Origin: Anthoceros angustus
Lineage: Eukaryota; Plantae; Anthocerotophyta
DNA length: 64,000 bases
NCBI GenBank assembly: GCA_010909165.1
Contig: VJWM01000044.1
Span: 2,108,001-2,172,000 of the forward strand
Direction of reading: 5' to 3'
The position numbers and the translations under genes are program-made. The notes beneath the pieces are model-generated. The model ran no database searches, had not been told where the DNA came from, and saw only the letters and a list, made by a program, of their open reading frames with translations. Shown here in pieces: positions 9,891-22,919 of this stretch (the stretch's first letter is position 1; each line of letters opens with the position of its first letter).

Positions 9891-12810
9891 TTTAATAGAA
9901 TAATTATATTTAACAAGATATTTATTTTACTTATATGAAAGAAATAATTCACGAGAACGGTTTGGACGTAATCAACAAATAATGTCATGAGTAGTCATAT
10001 GAAAGAAGCCGAGTCTTAGCCCGTGTGCTTGCGCGCAGGAACTGGTACGAGCACAGACGGATGGGGCCGCTGCGCCAGGCTCCTGGTAGCCTTGAATACT
10101 CCCCGTAGCGGATGTGCTTCCCATGCATCTTCCGGGAATACACAGAATACACAGAAAATCACACGGCCCTAGAAAACGGATAACGGAGCTTACCACAGGT
10201 CTATCCCTCCTCAACGGTGGAGCTTACACATTTCATCCTTTCATCCTTTCATCCGTGGTCCGTGGGTCCAAGACGGACTTCCAGTTGATACAGTGCTTCC
10301 ACGTGCGATACGTACGAGGAGTGACGTTCAACAAGGTGAAGTGAAAAAGATTTGGGATGTGGTGGCCTGGATAGATGTGAAACAGTGGCTGGCTGGCATT
10401 GCTTTGCGGAATGGTCGGAGATGTCGATAAGGGTTGAAGGCGAAAGCAAGGTGGCAGCCGGTGGAGCTGCTGCACGTACACATAAATCCGTTAGTCATGT
10501 GCAGAGTGGAGGAGAGTGTATAGTATGTAGACCGTAAAAGGAGACTCCCGCTTTTATGCGATTCTCCCTGCCACGAAGAAAGTGGCTGAAATCTGAAAAA
10601 GCTAGGCTTTCAGCTGGCGCGGGGACGGACATGCAGCAGACTGTGACAAAGCGAAGCAAAGTGGGGCCTCTCCAATCCCTTCCTTGGCTTGCGGAGGTTT
10701 CCTGTGCACCCACCGCACTTGCATGTATGATGATGTTACAGTAAACATACCGGAGTGTACATATGGAGTGTATGGTATGCATACCCGACGCGGTTGCGTA
10801 CTCCTGTTGGGACTAGGGTCACACCAAATGAGCCTCTGAAGAGTGACAAAGACACAGAATGTGAGATGCAGCTGGCAGCTGTGTACAGACAGCGAATTCA
10901 ATTGGGCAGCAGCCTGCAGTTAATAAAACAGCAACCATCAGCCGTGCGCTTTCTGCGCACCACTCTACACGGCCTTCACTCTTCTGACAAGCCCAGGGCC
11001 TGTGCGCACGCACGACGCACTGCCTTGATGCTCCACTCCCCTCATTATAATAATACGTGAACATGATAGGAGTAGGACATTGTACATGCCTCCGCACTTG
11101 GCCGGAACCGGAAGTTGGAACAGGAAGCAGATGCAGCAGGCGTCACGGTTGGCTGCAGCTGGACACTCTTGTGCACAGTGACACATACATGCGCATACAT
11201 ATGCCCATTACAAGTCACAAGAATATCATGTTCACAACCATGATAAGCCGAGAGCCTGCTCATCACACACATGAAAGCCAGTTGAATCCCTCCACACAAA
11301 GCCCTCCAATGAGAACCGCTCACTTGGCAGATGCCCCCAACCCTGTCCGTGGCCGGTGATGAGCAGTTCAGGCTGTTGTATGTGCGACAGTGTGTCCCCC
11401 TCGGGCCTCGGCACAGTAACTTCAACCCTAAAACACGGCCATGAACCCACCTGTGATGCACTGGACAACAGTACGCTTCCCCGGCCCCCTGCAGCCTGCA
11501 GAGCACACAAACCTAATCCCCAGCTGCCCGCAGACGCAGCCCAGCCCATGTGTCTGCTGGGAACTTTGGGATGCGCCCATGGCGCAGCAGCGGAGGAAAG
11601 GCGCGCAACCTGGGATTTTTCTTCTCCTTTCCCGGCACGGCAAGGATCGAAGCCCGAGCAGCATGGGAAGTCGGGCTTGGTCCACAGCATCCCTCCAATC
11701 AGCGAGACATGGCTCCACATATTTATATGTACATCATCTCCCGCCCCTGCTGCCGCACTGCCTTTCAAATTCCGCTTCCCGACGCCTCCTGCCCTTGTTT
11801 GTTGCCTCCTGCTTCTTCCCGGCGGGCCCGCACCTCCGGCCAGCGTCGTCGCACCATCTCTTATCCCGTCCGAGCAACATGTGAGTGATGATGCAAGTGC
11901 CAAATTCCGTTGTATGTTTTTTGTGCCTCGTGACAAGAAGGGACAAGGTCCTCCAATCCGCGGGAGCCTTTTGATCCCCGCCTGACGCCATCGCGCTCCG
12001 CAAAACAATAAACAAAGAAATAAAAAGGCTGCTGCGGGCCGCGGGCGCGGACTCTCAGGCGCGCCAGTTGCAAGAGACTTGTCTGCGGGGGAAGGCGGGG
12101 GGAAGGGAAGGCTGGTGGGGCCCGCCGCGGAATGTCTCGCATACATAACATGCATGCGACATGGCATGCGCATGGATGCATGCATACATCTCATCCATAT
12201 CATTGCCGCATTTACGCACGGCTATATCGGGCTTCCCATTTCAGGGCCAAAGGGCCAAAGCATTGACTTCCGTCCCCAATGCCATCAAGTCGCACATGAG
12301 CTGGAGGCTGGCCCCGGGCAGCCCGCGCCGGGCTGGCTCCCCGGGCACCGTATCCGGGCCGGGCGATTGCACGCTTCACATTATGGCTCGTGTATGGCGT
12401 GAAAAATTGGTGGGGAACGTGAAAAGCCGGGGGTTAGGTATTAAGATATCCGGAAATTGACCGCCCACCGCCGACCGCCTCCCGCCTCGGGTTGCTGCTT
12501 GCTGGAGCAGCGACCGCGTTGGTCGTTGGGTCGCAGTCGAAGTCGGACCGGTTCGATTCGCGGATCCCGTCCCGTTCCGTTCCGTCCGTCTGCCATCGTA
12601 TCGCGATACGGGGGATTGGGAGGCGCGATCCGTATCCGGTACCGGCTCCGGGGTGGGCGAGGCGGTCAGCGTAACGAAACGGGCGTCCTTTCACCCGGTC
12701 ATCATTAACGGAGCCCGTGCCCGTTCCGTGGAGAGTGGTGAAAGTGGGCAGCGCAGTCCGCGGCTGTTGCGGTTTGCTGTTGCTGCTGTTGGGATGGCTG
12801 CTGCTGCGGC

Positions 12811-12846
12811 TGCTTCTGCTTCTGCTTCTGCTTCTGCTTCTGCTTC
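12811..12846 (+). repeat. (TGCTTC)6 microsatellite upstream of the large BPS1-like gene
   Basis: Read directly. A (GGA)8 run also occurs at 13221-13244. Confidence 0.95.
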
Positions 12847-13693
12847 GGCTGCTGCTGCCGCTCCTGCGCTCCGGCTGATGAGAGCCTTTGCTTTGTGGCT
12901 GGTGTGATGAGACGAATCAGATGATAAAAGCCGCTCAGAGACGCGGCCAAGTGGAGATTAGAGCAATGAGAGGCAGCCACGTAATTCCGACAGCCACCGG
13001 ATCGCGGCTCGCTTCCCTTGATCGCTGTTCAGATTTCCATTTTTAGTGCAGAGCTGAAATCCAGAGGGAGGAGACCGACGAGAGCTGGCAGGCCCATCCG
13101 GGGCCTCTCGATTGCTCTGCTCTGCGCTGTTCTGCTCGGCTCTGCTCTACTCCTTTCGTTCTCTCTCTTTCTTGGATCCTAAGCTTGGTGCTGTCTGCGA
13201 GGTCGGAAGGCTGTAGGAAAGGAGGAGGAGGAGGAGGAGGAGGAGGCGGAGGGGGAGGAGGAAGTAGCTGGCTTCAGTAGAAGCTTCTGGGTAGGAGCCT
13301 GTCTGGTCCGCTAGCAGGCTGTCCCTGTGAGCCCGCTGCCTGCCATGGTCGGGACGGCGGAGGCCAATTCCGGGGAGGGCTGCCTTCCGCAGCAGAGACG
13401 GGGGCCGCTGGTGTTGCTTGGGCGAGAGGTGTGCGGGGACTAGTTAGACGGCGTCTGTGCCAATTGCGGCGGCTATGCCTTGTTAATTCTGGCGCTGGCC
13501 TCGGGTTGAGGAATTTGGGGTGTGGGAGCTGGGATTTGCGCGGAAGCTTGTGGACGCCATGTTGTAGTGGGGGCCCGGGAGGAATGTGAGATCGAGCTCG
13601 GAATTCGGGCAGGGGTTGGCCTTGTTGTTGTAGGGGTTCCCGAGCGGAGCAGGATTCAGGGAGGGAGGGGGGTCGGCTTGCCTGGGCGGAGCG

Positions 13694-16600
13694 ATGGTGT
13701 CTTGGAATAACCTGTGTCGCTCTCCGGCGACGGCCAGGTTGAATCCGGCGCTGCAGCAGTATTACGCGGAGGAGACGGAGGAATTCTACATCAATCTCGC
13801 CAATGGGTTGGATAACCTGGTTGTGACGATGGGGGCGGATAACGTGCGGGTGGAGTGGCTGGAGCTTGCGGTTTCCTTTCTGCGATCCACGCATTCTGAG
13901 GTGCAGGTTCTGGTGGATAAGCTCATCCACTATGCGTCTCCGAGTATAAAGGTGAGCTCGAGGGCGTCGCCTCGCCCTGCTGGCCTTGTCTTGTTTGGGT
14001 TTGTGGGATTCCTGCTTCACAATGCTTGCTGATTCGTCCTCTCCCTGCTGGGTTGGGCTGTGGCAGCCTGAGTGGATGGAGGCCTACATGGAGGAAAGCG
14101 GGAGGCTTCTGGAAGTCTGCGAGAAGCTCAAGCCGGGGATTGAGCGAATCGAGAGATATGAGATGTGTGTGGAGCTGGCTTCCCGTGCGCTCTCGAATCT
14201 GGATCTGGATGCCATTCAGGCTGACCTCATGCGATGCCTCACTCGGGAAGCAGCCAAAAGTAGGAGCATGAAGATGACTCCTGAGGAGGACCCGCCTTTG
14301 AGGAGGAGGGCTCCTCCGAGCAGGGAGTCCTTCGAGTTTCCTGTCTCAGCCTCCTCACCGATGGACACCTCTCCGGTCATGCCCAGCTCTCCTCTCAGGG
14401 TGCTGGATGTTTGCAAGAAGGCAGACAAGCTGATTCAGTCCATTGAGTCCATGAATCTGGGCAGCAGTGCTCATTCCTCTGGTAGACACGGTGGAGTGTC
14501 TGAAGGTGCCCTTGCTCGTGATGCCGTGTCCTTGAGATCACAGTTCATTGCGCTTGATCAGCACATTGGGGGGGATGAGCAGCTGGAACACTGGCAGTAT
14601 GGCATGGAAGATCTGGAGTCGCTGGTGGCGGAGGCGGAGAAGCTTCTGTACATGAGGAGACCTGGCAGCTTGACTGAACCACCGTCTCCTCCTCCTGGCC
14701 TGTTTGACGGGCCTGTTCCTATGCTTCCACGAGCCTCAGATACTGGCAGCCCTTTGCGTCCCTTCAAGATGGATTCCAACTTCAAGATAGACATCTCTCC
14801 TTCCAAGTCTTCTGACAGCTCCAGCTCACCTCATAGCAGTAGGCGTCGATCAAGCGAGTTCAGGTCTGGATCTCGTAAGCCTCCTATCTATCCTCATTCT
14901 GACAGACTAACGGCCGATACCAACAGTGATGCGGAGGTGACAAGCAACAGGCACAGCAGCCGAAATCTTTTAAGTGAAGCAGATCCCACCAGCAGCAGGC
15001 ATAGCAGACAGGTATCAGGTGACTCTGTCTGTTCGGTGGCTACCACGTTTGAGCAGATTTCAGCTCCCATCATCTCTCAGTTTGAGGCCAGCTTGACGGC
15101 TCTTCGTGAATGCAAGGAGGAGATATCCAGGGAATGGACGTCTAGTAGAAGAATGGAGACCCAGAAGTTGATTGCGGATGCAGCCATCTCTTCCAGGAGT
15201 GGCATGTCTGCAAGCTTTAACAAGTACTTTAGAAGCCGCCCGAGTATGGAGTCAGGCAGGATGAGTGGTAGCCGAAGGAGGTCGTCGACAGAAGGGAGTA
15301 AGCTAGCACAGTTTCTTGAAACCCTGACCAGTGACAATGAAGAGGATGGGGTACCGGAAAGAGGGGTGAAAAGAATTTCTTCAGACCTGAGTGATGCCCA
15401 CTTGCGGTCCGAGAAACCAATGCAGGCCATGAGCCCCATCACGGAGAGGGAAGATGGTGCTGCTACCGACGTTTTTGCGATGCGGGGTAGTGTGGCGGGA
15501 GTAAGCAGTAGTGGGGATATGGTTGTGCATGATGAGCCATCAGTACAGGCAGAGGTGTCAGAGAAGAGAGACTTGCCGAAGGTCGGACCGGAGGACACCC
15601 ATCAATCATTGAAGGGACTGGCAGGACAAGATTCTCCAAGGTTCCCATCTCGAAGTGCTCCATATGTGGCGAGTGGTGGAGAGCAGGTTGCTCAGGGGTC
15701 CTCACAACAGTCAGAGGTGCCAGAAAAGAGAAACTCGAGGAGGGGCAGACCTTACAGAGGTCTTCAGGCAGGGAAAGGACCAATACCAGATTCTCCAAGC
15801 TTCCTAGTCCAAGGTGCTTCGGCAGTGCTGGACAGTGGGGAGCTGGTTGCTCACGAGACACCAGCTCAGACAAAGCTTCCAGAACACGGAGATTGGACGA
15901 GGGGCAACAGAGCTGACAGAACTCGTCAGGAAGTGAAAGGAACGGGACCTGATTCTTCAAGGTACAAAGTCCCGGCAGCGGTGAAAGTACCTATAGGTGG
16001 GGAGGTAGTTAGTCATGAGCCACCACAGGCACAGGCAGAGGAGGTACTAGCAGAAAAGAAAGACTCTCCGATGAATAGAACCCAGCAGGTAGGCAAAAGC
16101 TCAGATTCTCCGAGGCGGAGTGTGAAGGGTCTCTTCTACCTGGGCAACCCAGAAGGGAAGGACAGTGTGGAACCTCCATCCAATGTCGAACAGCAGCAAG
16201 CCGAGTCTTCTCAGAGTAAGAAGGGGCAGGATCCGAAGTCGAGCCCTCGAAGGCGAATAAGCCAGAGTCTGGATGAGATTGCAATCGAGAGGCTCCACGC
16301 CGAGATGGATCCTTTTCTTTTCAGGGCTGCTAGAGGGGACGATACAGAGTCTAGCACTAGTAGCCAGGCTCCTCTCATGCTGGAGGAAGATACTGCTCGC
16401 TTTGGACGGGAGGAACAGGGATATACCAGTACCACAAGCAGTAAAGGGAGTGGTGGACGTACGCACAGAAGAAGTGGAAGTCTAGATGCAGCAACGCGTG
16501 CGACAGGGAAGGGGACATGGCAGAATGACAGGACGGAAGCCATACTGACGGCTTATTTGACTAGAAGGAAAGCTGAGAGTCGGCTTCTTTCTCTCAACTC

Positions 16601-18749
16601 TGAGATTACAGAGGAGAGCCGTTCATCCTCTGAAAGAGCCAGTCCAAGTGGAAGGGACACTGGAATTACAGTGAAGGTGGAAAGGGTGGATGAGTCTGAG
16701 AGTGCCTCTCTGCCCGAGATGTTCCCTGAGGAAGTCACTGATTTTAGGAGAAGCTCACGGCGTCTGATGACTGGGGAATCGCGGGCTCTGGAGCAAGCCA
16801 GGGGGTCATTGAATGCCAGAGTAGGAGACGTGAACAGGGAGCCTTTGACGGACCTGAGGAGTAAGAGCTCAGATGCATTCAGTGTTTGGCGAGCGGGTCA
16901 ACTGTCTACTGATGACTCTACCAATGCTGCCATCGATGCTCGAGAAGAGCCAGCCAGGCACTTGAGACCAAGCGGGAGAGTGGAGCCTCAGAACGTGTCA
17001 AATGTAGTGGCGAAGTTTGAATCCTTCTTCGATGCAGAGTTTGATGCAAAGCATGACATCAAGGGTGCAGAGAAACAGGTGCCGAGGAACTGGTCAGCAG
17101 ATTTTGCACCCAAGGTGAAGGTGTACGAAAATCCTCTGCACAGACCTGGGCCTGAGGGAACCTTCCCGGCTCCGCTGATGGGGCGCAGGACGAGCAGGGA
17201 TATCCGCCGCAGCATGGCACCGGCATCTCCTTCTCGGTTTTGGAAAATCGAGTCTCCTGCTCGGTTCTGGAGGAGGAGTACCTCGCCTGGTCATTTTCGA
17301 GGTAGATCTATGCAGACAAGCCCTGCTGGTAGGCAGCGACAGTCTTGGGCATCCTCCACCTCTCCCCACAGACTGAGCCTGAATCTTTTCAGCCATGTGA
17401 AGCATTGGATCAGTCACCACGGAGATCATGATGACGAGGATGTCAGGGATGGTACAGGACCCGGGAACCTGAGAAGATCCAAGTCTGCTAGCAACCCCAA
17501 GGCAAGTCCCCATCATCGTTATGCTGTGGTGAAAAGTCCTGGTAGATTGAGTTTGAACCTTTTCACGCTCCAAAAGGGTGCAACATCCTTTGTGAGGAAT
17601 TTCGGGTCTGCGGCTATAAAGCAGTGTGCACATCCCACGGGTGGCAGTTCCAGGTGGACCGGCCTCGGAGGTGTGTTCCTGGCCACCAAGGCATCCACAG
17701 GGGTTGTTTCAAGCTTTCTTCTGTGGATTTTGGCAAGAAGTGATGCAGATGTGCATCCCAGCTTGCTGCACGCGGACGTGGAGTACACCATTCGCAAGAT
17801 AGAAAATCACTGGTCAAGCTCGCTCAGCAAGTTGCAGGAAAGGGTGTCCAGGTTCGACGTGGATCAGAGGCAGACTGTCCCTTCCAGGAGAGGGGCAGAT
17901 GCAGGTGCATTTGAACCTAGCAGACAAAGTCATTCTTCTGATGACAGGAAAGGGAAGAAACGGTTTAGCCTGGATATCAAGCCCCGTCCCTGGAAGTCTA
18001 CTGACCACGGTGACAGGAGGCCTACGGAGCAGGGCAATCCCAGTCGGTCCTTTAAGCTGGAGAGACCGGCGTCTTTGGATCACCACAGCACGGAGCCGGC
18101 AGAAGGGTCCGAGAAGCCTTACAAGTCTAGAATCAGCCCCTGCTTCCACATCCAAGAGCTTAAGGAAGTGCACAAATGCGTGGAAGAGCTTCACGTGGGG
18201 CTTGAATTCCTATTCTCAGCTTGCCTATCCGCCCTGGGAAAAAACTCAGCGGCGCTCGAGCAACTGCCGCAGGAGAAGATTATCAGAGAATGCATACCCT
18301 CAGAGAGCCCGTCAAACTTGAGCAGCAGGAGGAAGCTATTTGACACAGAACACAAGGACGGAGATGTTCACGGAGACGGAACTTCGAGCCCAACCCTGCC
18401 CCTGGAAGCGAAGGACAGGAAAATGAATGTGGACGGAGCGAAAGGTGCAACCTTGGACCCCACCTACTCGGAGTTGAAATCGCACAGAAGGAAAACCACC
18501 GAAGGCAGATCCCAGCCTATTTCGTACGCTGGGTCCAGTTTCTCCTTCGAGTTGGACAATGTGAACAAGGAACAGGTGAAAGCGGTGGAGGCCATTTTTG
18601 AAGACTGGAGATCAGGCAAGATGGCTGGGACGGTGCGCAGATTGCATCAGAACATGGAAGAGTTCCGTTCAAGCCTGAAGACCGTCTCCCGGGAGGTGGA
18701 TGATCTTTGTGCAGAGTTGGAGAGTGGTAGGAAAACGCTAGCAGAGTAG
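13694..18749 (+). CDS. Very large (about 1,646 aa) BPS1/DUF793-family protein; exons 13694-13951 and 14067-18749
   Basis: N-terminus VEWLELAVSFLRSTHSEV..EWMEAYMEESGRLLEVCEKLKPGIERIE and C-terminal blocks GLGGVFLATK, WSSSLSKLQERV, QELKEVHKCVEEL and SREVDDLCAELESGRKTL are collinear with the family. A phase-0 GT-AG intron is followed by an unbroken 4.7-kb frame. Confidence 0.8.
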
Positions 18750-19513
18750 GTTGTGCTCTGGCGTGAATTTCGACTCTCAGATGAATTTGCACATGGTAGC
18801 TGTCCTACAGTCTGCTAGGAACATGCCAGCCGCAGATGTTGTAACATAGCTTTACTTGTGTGCCGACAAATGCTCGTCACCCTTCAAGTCGGATCTCGAT
18901 CAATGCTTGACAGGACTTGACTCTGCTCCCGTAATGGGCTTGATCAACACAGCTGTCCAAGAGCATGGCTTCACGTGTTAAGTGGGTGGGTATGTCTGAT
19001 TCCTTGACACAAAATGAGGAAGATTTGTCGCCCACAATAGGGTTAGCAGACGTAGCACCTTTGTTTATAAATAGCTCCCATGGCCGTGCACTCCACTGCC
19101 CGCACTGCTGAACACCAGTGTTCGGCCTACCATTCTCCTACCGTGGCCCCCCCTTCCATTGTGGCAACAACGTGTGGCGTCCAAATCTGACCATGAATCA
19201 ACAGCATGCGTGCCTCCGTGTTGCAAGAGCGTATTGTATCCAGACACGAGTTGCACTAATGTTGTACAGGTTCTTGGGTTGCTATTTTGATGCGGTCTGC
19301 TTTTATAGGTTCCACAGCTAAGCATCAGGTAATCCACGCAGGAAAACCAAGGCTTGTGGGCTGGTAGACTAATAAAATGGTCTCGCTGGCCCTCCCCACA
19401 TGGCCAGATGTGGTTTCCTGCCACATTCTGCTTGCTGGTACGACATAGTATACAACAGGACGCAACGGCTTCCACCGTGTTCTGCTGTTGAGTCGGATGT
19501 GCACTGTGAGGTG

Positions 19514-19579
19514 TCCACTCGGAGGTCATCTACTGTCGTGCTGCTCCACTCGGAGGTCATCTACTGTCGTGCTGCTCCA
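19514..19579. repeat. Perfect 31-bp tandem duplication
   Basis: TCCACTCGGAGGTCATCTACTGTCGTGCTGC x2. Confidence 0.9.
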
Positions 19580-21587
19580 TGAAGCACATATTCTGGTGTT
19601 TTTTGATGGTATGAGTGGAGAGAGAGACTTTGTGGAGGCACCAACCACGCTAGGCTATGGGAGCGTGAGCATATTATATGCGTTAATGTTATATCTACCC
19701 TTGAGTGTGATAGTAGACTATTCAGGATCTCTCTCAATATTGTCTACTGTGGCTCTTGTTGGGTATAGATAGTCCACAAGGCTAATGAGGTCTTAGGGCG
19801 CGCCGTGGGTGAATGGCACTTGAAATCGATTTTATCCTCATAGCTTAAATGTGATGGATGCATGGCATCGGCCATGGTGGGGATTTTCTACTGCCATAAG
19901 AATTGACATCAGAAGTTTAGACCTAAAGTATGGATGACTTTTGTTGACATGAAAAGTCCAGGCTTAAAGTATGGAGGACTTTTGTAGTTCTGAAACGGAT
20001 TCGAGATGTGGCTTATAAATTATTACTGCCTAATTGGATTTCTCTCATAATGTGAAACCATTTTGTGATTTCAAAAGAGAATGAGGATATGAATAGGAGG
20101 GATTATGTAAATTCAACACATACCTCATAGAATGTAAGAGATTATTGAATTCTTGATGGAGAGAGGAACGTCTGTTGTTTATGTACCAAAGTATTTGGTA
20201 AGATTTCGTAGTCATGCACATCTGTCTAGGTTTCACTTGAGATTAAAAAATAAAAGAAATAAAAAAACTAATTAATAGCTGTCATTTGAGAAGATGTATG
20301 TACATATTAGTGTCGAGAAGATGTATGTATTAATGTTGCATGCTTCCGCAAATCTCCTACTAGTCAGGACTAGGATTTTCATCAGTGTTTTCTACATAAA
20401 GTCTTGTTCACGTGGCGGATGGAGGAATTAGCGCAGCCACTAATGAAGAGCTGAGCTGCCTAAAGAAACTCCGAGAGGTATGCAAGAATCCCCATGTTAG
20501 CAGCGCCTAGTTGAGGCGAGCCTGCGGATATATAAGGGCTAGAGTAAGGCCTTTGAAGAATGGTCACCCAATTCATTCTGCGCTGCAGCTGAGGGAGGGA
20601 GTTGTGGAGAGCCTAGCTAGTGAGCTTGTCGTTGAGTTGGGTGTAGATAGCCAGACTCAGGTGTTGTATCTTGCGAATAAAGAGCCAAGCGCGTGTGAAG
20701 CTGAAGCTGGACTGCGACTGCTGGACTCGCAGCCGCGCCGAGCGCTCTGCTAGGCTTTCCCACATTGCGTGCAGCGGGGGCAAGGAGCGGGAGCGGAGGG
20801 GCGGAGAAGGGGGACACAGAGAAGGAGAAGGGGCGGAGGAGACGGGAAGGGAGGGGAAGGGACCGGATCGTGGAGGCTGGCATTGCGACGAAGCTTGATC
20901 TGGGAGCAGCGGGCGAGCAGAGGGCGGGCAGGGCGGCTGTGTGTGTGGCTGCTCTGATGAAGAGCGCGGGGAAGATGTGAGTGCATCCACTGCAGGCGAG
21001 CGGGGCGTGGGTCAGCAGTGATTGCATCCACTGCAGGCGAGGTGGGCGCGCTGGTTTCGAGCTGCGGCCCGGGGAGATGTGATTGCATCCACTGCAAATG
21101 AGCAGTGCATGCAGGCGGGCTTGACGTGCAGGCGGCCACTGCAGGCAGGAAGGCAGGCGTGCGTGCAGCTTGGATGTGTGAGCTGGACGCCCTGTGTTTC
21201 TCGTGCTTCTGAGCTGCCGGTTGCTTGATTCTGCGCTCTCGTGGTTTGTTGAGGATTTTCTAGCCGCTGTCGTGCTTATCTTCTGCTCTTGGAACATCCT
21301 GCTTCTTTGTGATGTCGATTAGCTCTCCATGAAATCTGTAGCTGGGTTGATGCACCTCACTATCTTCTCTGGGCTTCACTTCTGAACAGTCTTGTCAGGC
21401 CAAGGCCTTGTTCCTTCCTTCATGCCTCATTTGGATGGATGTGTGTCAGTCCTAGCTGCTGGTGACTGATCTGGTTCCTGCATCGCTCGTATTCCGCGCT
21501 GAGAAGCGGTGTAGACTATTAGCTCGACAAGGAGGTAGCAGAGGTCAGAGCTTTAAGAACGTTGGAGACAAAGCCAGTGAGTGCATC

Positions 21588-22919
21588 ATGTCAGCCGCCC
21601 CGAGCTCTTCCTTCTTCTCCAGCCTCGGTGCTGCTTTGAAGTTGCCCCTGTCTCCTGCTAGCAACATCTTCGCTGGATCAAGCAAGCGTGGAATCAGCGG
21701 GATACAGAATTTCGATGTCAACCTCACCGACAAGCTGGAGGGCCTGAAGCCCTCCTCCGAGACAGATTTCCTGTCACTACCGTGGCTGTCTTCGGGAATG
21801 TCCATCGTCCTCGCTTCGCACTCGGCAGTGGAGAGCCTGATTCCCGACCTGGAGCAGTCTCCGCTCACGAAGCGAGACGAGAAGTGGGTGTCGGACTTCC
21901 TGGACGAGAGTGCCAAGCTGCTGGACGTGTGCAACGGGCTGCGGGAGGGTGTGTCTCAGCTGGAAGAATGCCAGATGCTGGTGCACCTGGTGCTGCACAA
22001 CCTGAACGTGAACTCTGCGGCCGCTTTCACGGAGTCCCAGCTGCAGAAGGCGAGGAAAGCGGTGCTGGATTTCCAGGCTCTCACAGAGAGGCCCCCGGGG
22101 GACGACGACCAGGACTTGTCCTGGCCAGAGAGGACAATCAGCTCTGGGAGCTCTGGAAGGCTTTTCTCGCTGGAGAGGAAGAGATCCAACAGCTGGGGGG
22201 TATCCAAGGACAAGGCCGCTCTGCAAAGGCTGCAAAGCAAGTCCAGCAATGGCAGCAGCCACGGAGGGAGCTCTAACGGGAGCAGCTTGCCGGAGCTCCC
22301 GGAAAACGGAAGCGTGGGCAAGTCGGTGAAGAAGTCAGGGGATCAGATCCCGGAGATCGAGCTGCTCAAGAGCATGACGGAGAAATTCCTTCCCCCCAAG
22401 GGCGTTGACACCAGCAAGGGAAGGAACGCCTTCATAGCCGGGATCTACGCAGCGAAGGTGACCACCGTGTGCGTGCTGGGCGTGGTGTATGTGACTCTCA
22501 CCAGCAAGGCTGGCGGGGACGGCCTGAGCCTGCTCATGAGCTGCTCATCCCAGATCAGCCGTCAATTCATGTGGGCTGCGCCTCTTCTGGACTTGCTGGA
22601 CAGGGTGGCCATGGAGATCGGATGGCAGAGGAAGCAGACGAAATTGACGTCCTTCCTCGCGGAGCTGGTGAGGATAGACACCAGCATGAGCCGGCTCCTG
22701 GACATGATCCAAGCTGCTCGAGCCGGGAGAGCGTTCCCCGTCCCTGCTAGACTGGAGGATGAAATGCGGGAGGAACTCACCGTTTTGAAGCAGCACTTGG
22801 AGGATTTCGAGCACGGGCTTAACAACCTGGAGGAGCAAGTGAATGAATTGTTCCGTATGTTGATTGCCAGCAGGACGCAGCTGCTGGATGTGCTGGGCAG
22901 CTCCAAAGGGCTCTTCTGA
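21588..22919 (+). CDS. BPS1/ROH1-like (DUF793) protein, intronless, about 443 aa
   Basis: FLSLPWLS, EKWVSDFLDESAKLLDVCNGLREGV, GIYAAKVTTVCVLG, FMWAAPLLDL and LEEQVNELFRMLIASRTQLLD. First ATG is at 21588. Confidence 0.9.
   Translation: MSAAPSSSFFSSLGAALKLPLSPASNIFAGSSKRGISGIQNFDVNLTDKLEGLKPSSETDFLSLPWLSSGMSIVLASHSAVESLIPDLEQSPLTKRDEKWVSDFLDESAKLLDVCNGLREGVSQLEECQMLVHLVLHNLNVNSAAAFTESQLQKARKAVLDFQALTERPPGDDDQDLSWPERTISSGSSGRLFSLERKRSNSWGVSKDKAALQRLQSKSSNGSSHGGSSNGSSLPELPENGSVGKSVKKSGDQIPEIELLKSMTEKFLPPKGVDTSKGRNAFIAGIYAAKVTTVCVLGVVYVTLTSKAGGDGLSLLMSCSSQISRQFMWAAPLLDLLDRVAMEIGWQRKQTKLTSFLAELVRIDTSMSRLLDMIQAARAGRAFPVPARLEDEMREELTVLKQHLEDFEHGLNNLEEQVNELFRMLIASRTQLLDVLGSSKGLF

Noticed and set aside
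9970-10480. Coding-looking fragments (e.g. RTYRTWKHCINWKSVLDP)
   Set aside because: No family recognised and no consistent splice model.
11232-12203. 323-aa minus-strand ORF and overlapping ORFs
   Set aside because: GC-rich, stop-poor sequence with ORFs in several frames and no motif.
20613-21297. Several long ORFs on both strands
   Set aside because: Low-complexity GC-rich leader of the BPS1-like gene; composition explains them.
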